Positions 39,201 to 54,700 of a stretch of 64,000 nucleotides of DNA are shown piece by piece (within the stretch, counting starts at the first letter, position 1; each line of letters opens with the position of its first letter). The notes under the pieces are model-generated. The model saw only the letters and a list, made by a program, of their open reading frames with translations, was not told the origin of the DNA and did not search any database. The stretch is taken from contig CM120641.1 of assembly GCA_051362555.1 (NCBI GenBank), forward strand, positions 30,634,401 through 30,698,400, in the 5' to 3' direction. The stretch comes from Lingula anatina (Eukaryota; Animalia; Brachiopoda). The position numbers were made by a program, and so were the translations under genes.

Positions 39201-42200
39201 GACATTGAAAAGACTGCAAAATGCGGTGCCTTAAAATAGTTAAACATAAATAATTTTCACAAAACTTGTTCAATATTTGTGAAATTTGGAGAGATGATGC
39301 TTAGCAATAACAAAAATCTGTGATAAGCTTAACAGTTGACAGTGTGTGATAGAATTGTAGTTGTTTGACATTTTGTATGCGAAGAGTGAGAATTATCTAC
39401 AATATTTTTTTTTCAATTTCACAACATCTAATTAGACTCACATTAAACATCAAATATTATGATTTGAGTTTGTTTGTGTAAGAGGTGACAAATTACCCAT
39501 AATTGTCCTCTGGAAAAGAATATATACCCATTTAAGACATCTCCTTACTACCAATACCAGATGCAGATTCCTCCTTACAATCGGTTTCTGGAATAGGGTT
39601 TAGCACACCATTTGACAATGTCCTAAAGCTTGCCATATACCATCTATTGTAAACATGGATGAGACATAGCATTGCTCTTGCTGTTGTCTTTTGCTGTCTG
39701 TTTTTCCTATAGGAATTAGCCCTGACCAGACAGGAAGAATCAGTTCACCAAAAAAGCCATCACGCTGTATGGAAAAGGTCACCTGGAAAAAGAACAATAT
39801 GTTTGATAAAAGTGAAAATTAAATTCTAAAAATTGACAAATTTCCCACACTAAAATAGTTGAACAGTAATTTTGATAAACTTAACCTAAACAGTTGACTA
39901 TGTCTAATAAAAAGGACATTTTCAGAACATATAAATTTGAGAAATACTGAAAATGACATTGAAAAGACTGCCAAATTCCATGGCTTGAAATAGTTAAACG
40001 TAAATAATTTTCACAAATCTTGTTCAAGATTTGTGAAATTTGGACAGATGATGCATAACAATAATAAAAATCTGTGATAAGCTCATCAGTTGACTGCATC
40101 TCATGAAAAACATTTTTCAGGGCATATAAATGTGAGAAAACTGAAAATGACATTGAAAAGACTGCCAAATTCCATGGCTTAAAATAGTTAAACGTTAATA
40201 ATTTTCACAAAATTTGTTCAAGATTTGTGAAATTTGGACAGATGATGCATAACAACAATAAAAATCTGTGATAAGCTCATCAGTTGACTGTGTCTCATGA
40301 AAAAGATTTTATTTTTGGACAATAAATTTGAGAAAACTGAAAATAACACTGAAACGACTGCCAAATTCCATGGCTTAAAATAGTTAAACGTTAATAATTT
40401 TCCCAAATCTTGTCTAATATTTGTGAAATTTGGATAGATGATGCATATCAACAATAAAAATCTGTGATAAGCTCATCAGTTGACTGTGTCTCATAAAAAA
40501 GATTTTTTTGGACAATAAAATTGAGAAAACGGAAAATGACATTGAAAAGACTGCAAAATGCAGTGCCTTAAAATAGTTAAACATAAATAATTTTCACAAA
40601 ACTTGTTCAATATTTGTGAAATTTGGAGAGATGATGCTTAGCAATAACAAAAATCTGTGATAAGCTTAACAGTTGACAGTGTGTGATAGAATTGTAGTTG
40701 TTTGACATTTTGTATGCGAAAAGTGAGAATTATCTACAATATTTTTTTATCAATTTCACAACATCTAATTAGACTCACATTAAACATCAAATATTATGAT
40801 TTGAGTTTGTTTGTGTAAGAGGTGACAAATTACCCATAATTGTCCTCTGGAAAAGAATATATACCCATTTAAGACATCTCCTTACTACCAATACCAGATG
40901 CAGATTCCTCCTTACAATTGGTTTCTGGAATAGGGTTTAGCACACCATTTGACAATGTCCTAAAGCTTGCCATATACCATCTATTGTAAACATGGATGAG
41001 ACATAGCATTGCTCTTGCTGTTGTCTTTTGCTGTCTGTTTTTCCTATAGGAATTAGCCCTGACCAGACAGGAAGAATCAGTTCACCAAAAAAGCCATCAC
41101 GCTGTATGGAAAAGGTCACCTAGAAAAAGAACAATATGTTTGATAAAACTTAAAATTAAATTCTAAAAATTGACAAATTTCCCACATTAAAATAGTTGAA
41201 CAATAATTTTGATAAACTTAACCTAAACAGGTGACTATGTCTAATAGAAAGGACATTTTCAGAACATATAAATTTGAGAAATACTGAAAATGACATTGAA
41301 AAGACTGCCAAATTCCATGGCTTGAAATAGTTAAACGTTAATAATTTTCACAACTCTTGTCTAATATTTGTGAAATTTGGACAGATGATGCATAACAACA
41401 ATAAAAATCTGTGATAAGCTCATCAGTTGACTGTGTCTCATAAAAAACATTTTTCAAAGCATATAAATGTGAGAAAACTGAAAATGACATTGAAAAGACT
41501 GCCAAATTCCATGGTATAAAATAGTTAAACGTTAATATTTTTAACAAATCTTGTCCAATATTTGTGGAATTTGGAGAGATGATGCTTAACAATAATAAAA
41601 ATCTGTGATTAGCTCATCAACGTACTGTGTCTCATGAAAAAATTTTTTCAGAGCATATAAATGTGAGAAAATTGAAAATGACATTGAAAAGACTGCCAAA
41701 TTCCATGGCTTAAAATAGTTAAACGTTAATAATTTTCACAAATCTTGTCTAATATTTGTGAAATTTGGATAGATGATGCATAACAACAATAAAAATCTGT
41801 GATAAGCTCATCAGTTGATTGTGTTTCAAAAAAAAAGATTTTTTTGGACAATAAAATTGAGAAAACTGAAAATGACATTGAAAAGACTGCAAAATGCGGT
41901 GCCTTAAAATAATTAAACATTAATAATTTTCACAAATCTTGTTCAATATTTGTGAAATATGGACAGATGATGCAAAACAATAATAAAAATCTTTGATAAG
42001 CTTATCAGTTGACAGTTGACATTTTTCAGAGCACATAAATGTGAGAAAACTGAAAATGACACTGAAAAGACTGTCAAATTCCAAGGTATAAAATAGTTAA
42101 ACGTTTATATTTTTCACAAATCTTGTCCAATATTTGTGGAATTTGGAGAGATGATGTTTAACATAATAAAAATCTGTGATAAGCTCATCAGTTGACTGTG

Positions 42201-45200
42201 TCTCATAAAAAAGATTTTTTTGGACAATAAAATTGAGAAAACTGAATATGACATTGAAAAGACTGCAAAATGCGGTGCCTTAAAATAGTTAAAGGTTAAT
42301 AATTTTCACAAATCTTGTCTAATATTTGTGAAATTTGGATACATGATGCATAACAACAATAAAAATCTGTGATAAGCTCATCAGTTGACTGTGTCTCATA
42401 AAAAGTATTTTTTTGGACAATAAATTTGAGAAAATTGAAAATGACACTGAGAAGACTGCAAAATGCGGTGCCTTAAAACAGTTAAATGTTAATAATTTTC
42501 ACAAATCTTGTCTAATATTTGTCAAATTTGGAGAGCTGATGCTTAACAATAACAAAAATAACATATCCTTACTACCAATACCAGATGTAGATTCCTCCTT
42601 ACAATCGGTTTCTGGAATAGGGTTTAGCACACCATTTGACAATGTCTTAAAGCTTGCCATATATACCATCTATTGTACACATGGATGAGACATAGCATTG
42701 CTCTTGCTGTTGTCTTTTGCTGTCTGTTTTTTCTATAGGAATTAGCCCTGACCAGACAGGAAGAATCAGTTCACCAAAAAAGCCATTACGCTGTATGGAA
42801 AAGGTCACCTGGAAAAAGAACAATATGTTTGAAAAAAGTGAAAATTAAATTCTAAAAATTGACAAATTTCCCACACTAAAATAGTTGAACAGTAATTTTG
42901 ATAAACTTAATCTAAACAGTTGACTGTGTCTAATAAAAAGGATATTTTCAGAACATATAAATTTGAGAAAAACTGAAAATGACATTGAAAAGACTGCCAA
43001 ATGCGGTGCCTTAAAATAGTTAAATGTTAATAATTTTCAAAAATCTTGTCCAATATTTGTGAAATTTGGACAGATGATGCATAACAATAATAAAAATCTG
43101 TGATAAGCTTATCAGTTGACAGTTGACATTTTTCAGAGCATATAAATGCGAGAAAACTGAAAATGACACTGAAAAGACTGCCAAATTCCATGGTATAAAA
43201 TATTTAAAGGTTTATATTTTTCACAAATCTTGTCCAATATTTGTGAAATTTGGACAGATGATGCATAACAATAATAAAAATCTGTGATAAGCTCATCAGT
43301 TGACTGTGTCTCATAAAAAAGATTTTTTTTTGGACAATAAAATTGAGAAAACAGAAAATGACATTGAAAAGACTGCAAAATACGGTGCCTTAAAATAGTT
43401 AAACGTTAATAATTTTCACAAGTCTTGTTCAAGATTTGTGAAATTTGGACAGATGATGCATAACAATAATAAAAATCTGTGATAAGCTCATCAGTTGACT
43501 GTGTCTCATAAAAAAGATTTTTTTGGACAATAAAATTGAGAAAACGGAAAATGACATTGAAAAGACTGCAAAATGCGGTGCCTTAAAATAGTTAAACATA
43601 AATAATTTTCACAAAACTTGTTCAATATTTGTGAAATTTGGAGAGATGATGCTTAGCAATAACAAAAATCTGTGATAAGCTTAACAGTTGACAGTGTGTG
43701 ATAGAATTGTAGTTGTTTGACATTTTGTATGCGAAGAGTGAGAATTATCTACAATATTTTTTTTTCAATTTCACAACATCTAATTAGACTCACATTAAAC
43801 ATCAAATATTATGATTTGAGTTTGTTTGTGTAAGAGGTGACAAATTACCCATAATTGTCCTCTGGAAAAGAATATATACCCATTTAAGACATCTCCTTAC
43901 TACCAATACCAGATGCAGATTCCTCCTTACAATCGGTTTCTGGAATAGGGTTTAGCACACCATTTGACAATGTCCTAAAGCTTGCCATATACCATCTATT
44001 GTAAACATGGATGAGACATAGCATTGCTCTTGCTGTTGTCTTTTGCTGTCTGTTTTTCCTATAGGAATTAGCCCTGACCAGACAGGAAGAATCAGTTCAC
44101 CAAAAAAGCCATCACGCTGTATGGAAAAGGTCACCTGAAAAAAGAACAATATGTTTGATAAAAGTGAAAATTAAATTCTAAAAATTGACAAATTTCCCAC
44201 ACTAAAATAGTTGAACAGTAATTTTGATAAACTTAACCTAAACAGTTGACTATGTCTAATAAAAAGGACATTTTCAGAACATAAATTTGAGAAATACTGA
44301 AAATGACATTGAAAAGACTGCCAAATTCCATGGCTTGAAATAGTTAAACGTAAATAATTTTCACAAATCTTGTTCAAGATTTGTGAAATTTGGACAGATG
44401 ATGCATAACAATAATAAAAATCTGTGATAAGCTCATCAGTTGACTGTGTCTCATAAAAAAGATTTTTTTGGACAATAAAATTGAGAAAACGGAAAATGAC
44501 ATTGAAAAGACTGCAAAATGCGGTGCCTTAAAATAGTTAAACATAAATAATTTTCACAAAACTTGTTCAATATTTGTGAAATTTGGAGAGATGATGCTTA
44601 GCAATAACAAAAATCTGTGATAAGCTTAACAGTTGACAGTGTGTGATAGAATTGTAGTTGTTTGACATTTTGTATGCGAAGAGTGAGAATTATCTACAAT
44701 ATTTTTTTTTCAATTTCACAACATCTAATTAGACTCACATTAAACATCAAATATTATGATTTGAGTTTGTTTGTGTAAGAGGTGACAAATTACCCATAAT
44801 TGTCCTCTGGAAAAGAATATATACCCATTTAAGACATCTCCTTACTACCAATACCAGATGCAGATTCCTCCTTACAATCGGTTTCTGGAATAGGGTTTAG
44901 CACACCATTTGACAATGTCCTAAAGCTTGCCATATACCATCTATTGTAAACATGGATGAGACATAGCATTGCTCTTGCTGTTGTCTTTTGCTGTCTGTTT
45001 TTCCTATAGGAATTAGCCCTGACCAGACAGGAAGAATCAGTTCACCAAAAAAGCCATCACGCTGTATGGAAAAGGTCACCTGAAAAAAGAACAATATGTT
45101 TGATAAAAGTGAAAATTAAATTCTAAAAATTGACAAATTTCCCACACTAAAATAGTTGAACAGTAATTTTGATAAACTTAACCTAAACAGTTGACTATGT

Positions 45201-48200
45201 CTAATAAAAAGGACATTTTCAGAACATATAAATTTGAGAAATACTGAAAATGACATTGAAAAGACTGCCAAATTCCATGGCTTGAAATAGTTAAACGTAA
45301 ATAATTTTCACAAATCTTGTTCAAGATTTGTGAAATTTGGACAGATGATGCATAACAATAATAAAAATCTGTGATAAGCTCATCAGTTGACTGTGTCTCA
45401 TAAAAAAGATTTTTTTGGACAATAAAATTGAGAAAACGGAAAATGACATTGAAAAGACTGCAAAATGCGGTGCCTTAAAATAGTTAAACATAAATAATTT
45501 TCACAAAACTTGTTCAATATTTGTGAAATTTGGAGAGATGATGCTTAGCAATAACAAAAATCTGTGATAAGCTTAACAGTTGACAGTGTGTGATAGAATT
45601 GTAGTTGTTTGACATTTTGTATGCGAAGAGTGAGAATTATCTACAATATTTTTTTTTCAATTTCACAACATCTAATTAGACTCACATTAAACATCAAATA
45701 TTATGATTTGAGTTTGTTTGTGTAAGAGGTGACAAATTACCCATAATTGTCCTCTGGAAAAGAATATATACCCATTTAAGACATCTCCTTACTACCAATA
45801 CCAGATGCAGATTCCTCCTTACAATCGGTTTCTGGAATAGGGTTTAGCACACCATTTGACAATGTCCTAAAGCTTGCCATATACCATCTATTGTAAACAT
45901 GGATGAGACATAGCATTGCTCTTGCTGTTGTCTTTTGCTGTCTGTTTTTCCTATAGGAATTAGCCCTGACCAGACAGGAAGAATCAGTTCACCAAAAAAG
46001 CCATCACGCTGTATGGAAAAGGTCACCTGGAAAAAGAACAATATGTTTGATAAAAGTGAAAATTAAATTCTAAAAATTGACAAATTTCCCACACTAAAAT
46101 AGTTGAACAGTAATTTTGATAAACTTAACCTAAACAGTTGACTATGTCTAATAAAAAGGACATTTTCAGAACATATAAATTTGAGAAATACTGAAAATGA
46201 CATTGAAAAGACTGCCAAATTCCATGGCTTGAAATAGTTAAACGTAAATAATTTTCACAAATCTTGTTCAAGATTTGTGAAATTTGGACAGATGATGCAT
46301 AACAATAATAAAAATCTGTGATAAGCTCATCAGTTGACTGCATCTCATGAAAAACATTTTTCAGGGCATATAAATGTGAGAAAACTGAAAATGACATTGA
46401 AAAGACTGCCAAATTCCATGGCTTAAAATAGTTAAACGTTAATAATTTTCCCAAATCTTGTCTAATATTTGTGAAATTTGGATAGATGATGCATATCAAC
46501 AATAAAAATCTGTGATAAGCTCATCAGTTGACTGTGTCTCATAAAAAAGATTTTTTTGGACAATAAAATTGAGAAAACGGAAAATGACATTGAAAAGACT
46601 GCAAAATGCAGTGCCTTAAAATAGTTAAACATAAATAATTTTCACAAAACTTGTTCAATATTTGTGAAATTTGGAGAGATGATGCTTAGCAATAACAAAA
46701 ATCTGTGATAAGCTTAACAGTTGACAGTGTGTGATAGAATTGTAGTTGTTTGACATTTTGTATGCGAAAAGTGAGAATTATCTACAATATTTTTTTATCA
46801 ATTTCACAACATCTAATTAGACTCACATTAAACATCAAATATTATGATTTGAGTTTGTTTGTGTAAGAGGTGACAAATTACCCATAATTGTCCTCTGGAA
46901 AAGAATATATACCCATTTAAGACATCTCCTTACTACCAATACCAGATGCAGATTCCTCCTTACAATTGGTTTCTGGAATAGGGTTTAGCACACCATTTGA
47001 CAATGTCCTAAAGCTTGCCATATACCATCTATTGTAAACATGGATGAGACATAGCATTGCTCTTGCTGTTGTCTTTTGCTGTCTGTTTTTCCTATAGGAA
47101 TTAGCCCTGACCAGACAGGAAGAATCAGTTCACCAAAAAAGCCATCACGCTGTATGGAAAAGGTCACCTAGAAAAAGAACAATATGTTTGATAAAAGTGA
47201 AAATTAAATTCTAAAAATTGACAAATTTCCCACATTAAAATAGTTGAACAATAATTTTGATAAACTTAACCTAAACAGGTGACTATGTCTAATAGAAAGG
47301 ACATTTTCAGAACATATAAATTTGAGAAATACTGAAAATGACATTGAAAAGACTGCCAAATTCCATGGCTTGAAATAGTTAAACGTTAATAATTTTCACA
47401 ACTCTTGTCTAATATTTGTGAAATTTGGACAGATGATGCATAACAACAATAAAAATCTGTGATAAGCTCATCAGTTGACTGTGTCTCATAAAAAACATTT
47501 TTCAAAGCATATAAATGTGAGAAAACTGAAAATGACATTGAAAAGACTGCCAAATTCCATGGTATAAAATAGTTAAACGTTAATATTTTTAACAAATCTT
47601 GTCCAATATTTGTGGAATTTGGAGAGATGATGCTTAACAATAATAAAAATCTGTGATTAGCTCATCAACGTACTGTGTCTCATGAAAAAATTTTTTCAGA
47701 GCATATAAATGTGAGAAAATTGAAAATGACATTGAAAAGACTGCCAAATTCCATGGCTTAAAATAGTTAAACGTTAATAATTTTCACAAATCTTGTCTAA
47801 TATTTGTGAAATTTGGATAGATGATGCATAACAACAATAAAAATCTGTGATAAGCTCATCAGTTGATTGTGTTCCAAAAAAAAAGATTTTTTTGGACAAT
47901 AAAATTGAGAAAACTGAAAATGACATTGAAAAGACTGCAAAATGCGGTGCCTTAAAATAATTAAACATTAATAATTTTCACAAATCTTGTTCAATATTTG
48001 TGAAATATGGACAGATGATGCAAAACAATAATAAAAATCTTTGATAAGCTTATCAGTTGACAGTTGACATTTTTCAGAGCACATAAATGTGAGAAAACTG
48101 AAAATGACACTGAAAAGACTGTCAAATTCCAAGGTATAAAATAGTTAAACGTTTATATTTTTCACAAATCTTGTCCAATATTTGTGGAATTTGGAGAGAT

Positions 48201-51200
48201 GATGTTTAACATAATAAAAATCTGTGATAAGCTCATCAGTTGACTGTGTCTCATAAAAAAGATTTTTTTGGACAATAAAATTGAGAAAACTGAATATGAC
48301 ATTGAAAAGACTGCAAAATGCGGTGCCTTAAAATAGTTAAAGGTTAATAATTTTCACAAATCTTGTCTAATATTTGTGAAATTTGGATACATGATGCATA
48401 ACAACAATAAAAATCTGTGATAAGCTCATCAGTTGACTGTGTCTCATAAAAAGTATTTTTTTGGACAATAAATTTGAGAAAATTGAAAATGACACTGAGA
48501 AGACTGCAAAATGCGGTGCCTTAAAACAGTTAAATGTTAATAATTTTCACAAATCTTGTCTAATATTTGTCAAATTTGGAGAGCTGATGCTTAACAATAA
48601 CAAAAATAACATATCCTTACTACCAATACCAGATGTAGATTCCTCCTTACAATCGGTTTCTGGAATAGGGTTTAGCACACCATTTGACAATGTCTTAAAG
48701 CTTGCCATATATACCATCTATTGTACACATGGATGAGACATAGCATTGCTCTTGCTGTTGTCTTTTGCTGTCTGTTTTTTCTATAGGAATTAGCCCTGAC
48801 CAGACAGGAAGAATCAGTTCACCAAAAAAGCCATTACGCTGTATGGAAAAGGTCACCTGGAAAAAGAACAATATGTTTGAAAAAAGTGAAAATTAAATTC
48901 TAAAAATTGACAAATTTCCCACACTAAAATAGTTGAACAGTAATTTTGATAAACTTAATCTAAACAGTTGACTGTGTCTAATAAAAAGGATATTTTCAGA
49001 ACATATAAATTTGAGAAAAACTGAAAATGACATTGAAAAGACTGCCAAATGCGGTGCCTTAAAATAGTTAAATGTTAATAATTTTCAAAAATCTTGTCCA
49101 ATATTTGTGAAATTTGGACAGATGATGCATAACAATAATAAAAATCTGTGATAAGCTTATCAGTTGACAGTTGACATTTTTCAGAGCATATAAATGCGAG
49201 AAAACTGAAAATGACACTGAAAAGACTGCCAAATTCCATGGTATAAAATATTTAAAGGTTTATATTTTTCACAAATCTTGTCCAATATTTGTGAAATTTG
49301 GACAGATGATGCATAACAATAATAAAAATCTGTGATAAGCTCATCAGTTGACTGTGTCTCATAAAAAAGATTTTTTTTTGGACAATAAAATTGAGAAAAC
49401 AGAAAATGACATTGAAAAGACTGCAAAATACGGTGCCTTAAAATAGTTAAACGTTAATAATTTTCACAAGTCTTGTTCAAGATTTGTGAAATTTGGACAG
49501 ATGATGCATAACAATAATAAAAATCTGTGATAAGCTCATCAGTTGACTGTGTCTCATAAAAAAGATTTTTTTGGACAATAAAATTGAGAAAACGGAAAAT
49601 GACATTGAAAAGACTGCAAAATGCGGTGCCTTAAAATAGTTAAACATAAATAATTTTCACAAAACTTGTTCAATATTTGTGAAATTTGGAGAGATGATGC
49701 TTAGCAATAACAAAAATCTGTGATAAGCTTAACAGTTGACAGTGTGTGATAGAATTGTAGTTGTTTGACATTTTGTATGCGAAGAGTGAGAATTATCTAC
49801 AATATTTTTTTTTCAATTTCACAACATCTAATTAGACTCACATTAAACATCAAATATTATGATTTGAGTTTGTTTGTGTAAGAGGTGACAAATTACCCAT
49901 AATTGTCCTCTGGAAAAGAATATATACCCATTTAAGACATCTCCTTACTACCAATACCAGATGCAGATTCCTCCTTACAATCGGTTTCTGGAATAGGGTT
50001 TAGCACACCATTTGACAATGTCCTAAAGCTTGCCATATACCATCTATTGTAAACATGGATGAGACATAGCATTGCTCTTGCTGTTGTCTTTTGCTGTCTG
50101 TTTTTCCTATAGGAATTAGCCCTGACCAGACAGGAAGAATCAGTTCACCAAAAAAGCCATCACGCTGTATGGAAAAGGTCACCTGAAAAAAGAACAATAT
50201 GTTTGATAAAAGTGAAAATTAAATTCTAAAAATTGACAAATTTCCCACACTAAAATAGTTGAACAGTAATTTTGATAAACTTAACCTAAACAGTTGACTA
50301 TGTCTAATAAAAAGGACATTTTCAGAACATATAAATTTGAGAAATACTGAAAATGACATTGAAAAGACTGCCAAATTCCATGGCTTGAAATAGTTAAACG
50401 TAAATAATTTGGACAGATGATGCATAACAATAATAAAAATCTGTGATAAGCTCATCAGTTGACTGCATCTCATGAAAAACATTTTTCAGGGCATATAAAT
50501 GTGAGAAAACTGAAAATGACATTGAAAAGACTGCCAAATTCCATGGCTTAAAATAGTTAAACGTTAATAATTTTCACAAAATTTGTTCAAGATTTGTGAA
50601 ATTTGGACAGATGATGCATAACAACAATAAAAATCTGTGATAAGCTCATCAGTTGACTGTGTCTCATGAAAAAGATTTTTTTTTTGGACAATAAATTTGA
50701 GAAAACTGAAAATAACACTGAAACGACTGCCAAATTCCATGGCTTAAAATAGTTAAACGTTAATAATTTTCCCAAATCTTGTCTAATATTTGTGAAATTT
50801 GGATAGATGATGCATATCAACAATAAAAATCTGTGATAAGCTCATCAGTTGACTGTGTCTCATAAAAAAGATTTTTTTGGACAATAAAATTGAGAAAACG
50901 GAAAATGACATTGAAAAGACTGCAAAATGCAGTGCCTTAAAATAGTTAAACATAAATAATTTTCACAAAACTTGTTCAATATTTGTGAAATTTGGAGAGA
51001 TGATGCTTAGCAATAACAAAAATCTGTGATAAGCTTAACAGTTGACAGTGTGTGATAGAATTGTAGTTGTTTGACATTTTGTATGCGAAAGGTGAGAATT
51101 ATCTACAATATTTTTTTTTCAATTTCACAACATCTAATTAGACTCACATTAAACATCAAATATTATGATTTGAGTTTGTTTGTGTAAGAGGTGACAAATT

Positions 51201-51700
51201 ACCCATAATTGTCCTCTGGAAAAGAATATATACCCATTTAAGACATCTCCTTACTACCAATACCAGATGCAGATTCCTCCTTACAATTGGTTTCTGGAAT
51301 AGGGTTTAGCACACCATTTGACAATGTCCTAAAGCTTGCCATATACCATCTATTGTAAACATGGATGAGACATAGCATTGCTCTTGCTGTTGTCTTTTGC
51401 TGTCTGTTTTTCCTATAGGAATTAGCCCTGACCAGACAGGAAGAATCAGTTCACCAAAAAAGCCATCACGCTGTATGGAAAAGGTCACCTAGAAAAAGAA
51501 CAATATGTTTGATAAAAGTGAAAATTAAATTCTAAAAATTGACAAATTTCCCACATTAAAATAGTTGAACAATAATTTTGATAAACTTAACCTAAACAGT
51601 TGACTATGTCTAATAGAAAGGACATTTTCAGAACATATAAATTTGAGAAATACTGAAAATGACATTGAAAAGACTGCCAAATTCCATGGCTTGAAATAGT
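33200..51700. repeat. ~6.05-6.25-kb higher-order repeat (S-L-L-L-L) with a local 1679-bp duplication and a shortened last copy; boundaries approximate
   Basis: 36167/42413 and 37706/43952 differ by 6246; 42413/48461 and 40937/46985 by 6048; 34488/36167 by 1679 (7925 = 6246 + 1679). Confidence 0.9.
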
Positions 51701-54700
51701 TAAACGTTAATAATTTTCACAACTCTTGTCTAATATTTGTGAAATTTGGACAGATGATGCATAACAACAATAAAAATCTGTGATAAGCTCATCAGTTGAC
51801 TGTGTCTCATCAAAAACATTTTTCAAAGCATATAAATGTGAGAAAATTGAAAATGACACTGAAAAGACTGCCAAATTCCATGGTATAAAATAGTTAAACG
51901 TTAATATTTTTCACAAATCTTGTCCAATAATTGTGGAAATTGGAGAGATGATGCTTAACAATAATAAAAATCTGTAATAAGCTCATCAGTTGACTGTGTC
52001 TCATGAAAAACATTTTTCAGAGCATATAAATGTGAGAAAACTGAAAATGACATTGAAAAGACTGCCAAATTCCATGGCTTAAAATAGTTAAACGTTAATA
52101 ATTTTCATAAATCTTGTCTAATATTTGTGAAATTTGGATAGATGATGCATAACAACAATAAAAATCTGTGATAAGCTCATCAGTTGACTGTGTCTCATGA
52201 AAAAGATTTTTTTTTGGACAATTAATTTGAGAAAACTGAAAATGACACTGAAACGACTGCCAAATTCCATGGCTTAAAATAGTTAAACGTCAATAATTTT
52301 CACAAATCTTGTCTAATATTTGTGAAATTTGGATAGATGATGCATAACAACAATAAAAATCTGTGATAAGCTCATCAATTGACTGTGTCTCATGAAAAAG
52401 ATTTTTTTGGACAATTAATTTGAGAAAACTGAAAATAACACTGAAACGACTGCCAAATTCCATGGCTTGAAATAGTTAAACTTTAATAATTTTCACAAAT
52501 CTTGTCCAATATTTGTGAAATTTGGACAGATGATGCATCACAATAATAAAAATCTGTGATAGGCTCATCAGTTGACTGTGTCTCATGAAAAACATTTTTC
52601 AGAGCATATAAATGTGAGAAAACTGAAAATGACATTGAAAAGACTGCCAAATTCCATGGCTTAAAATAGTTAAACGTTAATAATTTTCACAAATCTTGTC
52701 TAATATTTGTGAAATTTGGATAGATGATGCATAACAACAATAAAAATCTGTGATCATCTCATCAGTTGACTGTGTCTCATAAAAAAGATTTTTTTGGACA
52801 ATAAAATTGAGAAAACTGAAAATGGCATTGCAAATACTGCAAAATTCCATGGGTTAAAATAGTTAAACCTTAATCATTTTCACAAATCTTGTTCAATATT
52901 TGTGAAATTTGGACAGATGATGCAAACCAATAATAAAACATCTGTGATAAGCTCATCAGTTGACTGTGTCTCATAAAAAAAGATTTTTTTGGACAATAAC
53001 ATTGAGAAAACTGAAAATGACACTGAAAAGACTGCAAATTCCATGGTATAAAATAGTTAAACGTTAATAATTTTCACAAATCTTGTCTAATATTTGTGAA
53101 ATTTGGATAGATGATGCATAACAACAATAAAAATCTGTGATCATCTCATCAGTTGACTGTGTCTCATAAAAAAGATTTTTTTGGACAATAAAATTGAGAA
53201 AACTGAAAATGGCATTGCAAATACTGCAAAATTCCATGGGTTAAAATAGTTAAAATTTAATCATTTTCACAAATCTTGTTCAATATTTGTGAAATTTGGA
53301 CAGATGATGCAAACCAATAATAAAAAATCTGTGATAAGCTCATCAGTTGACTGTGTCTCATAAAAAAAAGATTTTTTTGGACAATAAAATTGAGAAAACT
53401 GAAAATGACATTGAAAAGACTGCAAAATGGGGTGCCTTAAAATAGTTAAACGTTAATAATTTTCACAAATCTTGTCTAATATTTGTGAAATTTGGATATA
53501 TGATGCATAACAATAATAGAAATCTGTGATAAGCTCATCAGTTGACTGTGTCTCATAAAAAAGATTTTTTTGGAGAATAAAATTGAGAAAACTGAAAATG
53601 ACATTGAAAAGACTGCAAAATACGGTGCCTTAAAATAGTTAAACGTTAATAATTTTCACAAATCTTGTCTAATATTTGTGAAATTTGGATAGATGAAGCA
53701 TAACAACAATAAAAATCTGTGATAAGCTCATCAGTTGACTGTGTCTCATTTAAGAGATTTTTTTGGACAATAAATTTGAGAAAATTGAAAATGACACTGA
53801 GAAGACTGCAAAATGCGGTGCCTTAAAACAGTTAAATGTTAATAATTTTCACAAATCTTGTCTAATATTTGTCAAATTTGGAGAGATGATGCTTAACAAT
53901 AACAAAAATAACATCTCCTTACTACCAATACCAGATGCAGATTCCTCCTTACAATCGGTTTCTGGAATAGGGTTTAGCACACCATTTGACAATGTCCTCA
54001 AGCTTGCCATATACCATCTATTGTACACATGGATGAGACATAGCATTGCTCTTGCTGTTGTCTTTTGCTGTCTGTTTTTTCTATAGGAATTAGCCCTGAC
54101 CAGACAGGAAGAATCAGTTCACCAAAAAAGCCATTACGCTGTATGGAAAAGGTCACCTGGAAAAAGAACAATATGTTTGAAAAAAGTGAAAATTAAATTC
54201 TAAAAATTGACAAATTTCCCACACTAAAATAGTTGAACAGTAATTTTGATAAACTTAACCTAAACAGTTGACTGTGTCTAATAAAAAGGATATTTTCAGA
54301 ACATATAAATTTGAGAAATACTGAAAATGACATTGAAAAGACTGCCAAATGCGGTGCCTTAAAATAGTTAAATGTTAATAATTTTCAAAAATCTTGTCCA
54401 ATATTTGTGAAATTTGGACAGATGATGCATAACAATAATAAAAATCTGTGATCAGCTTATCAGTTGACAGTTGACATTTTTCAGAGCATATAAATGTGAG
54501 AAAACTGAAAATGACACTGAAAAGACTGCCAAATTCCATGGTATAAAATAGTTAAACGTTTATATTTTTCACAAATCTTGTCCAATATTTGTGAAATTTG
54601 GATAGATGATGCATAACAACAATAAAAATCTGTGATCAGCTCATCAGTTGACTGTGTCTCATAATAAAGATTTTTTTGGACAATAAAATTGAGAAAACTG

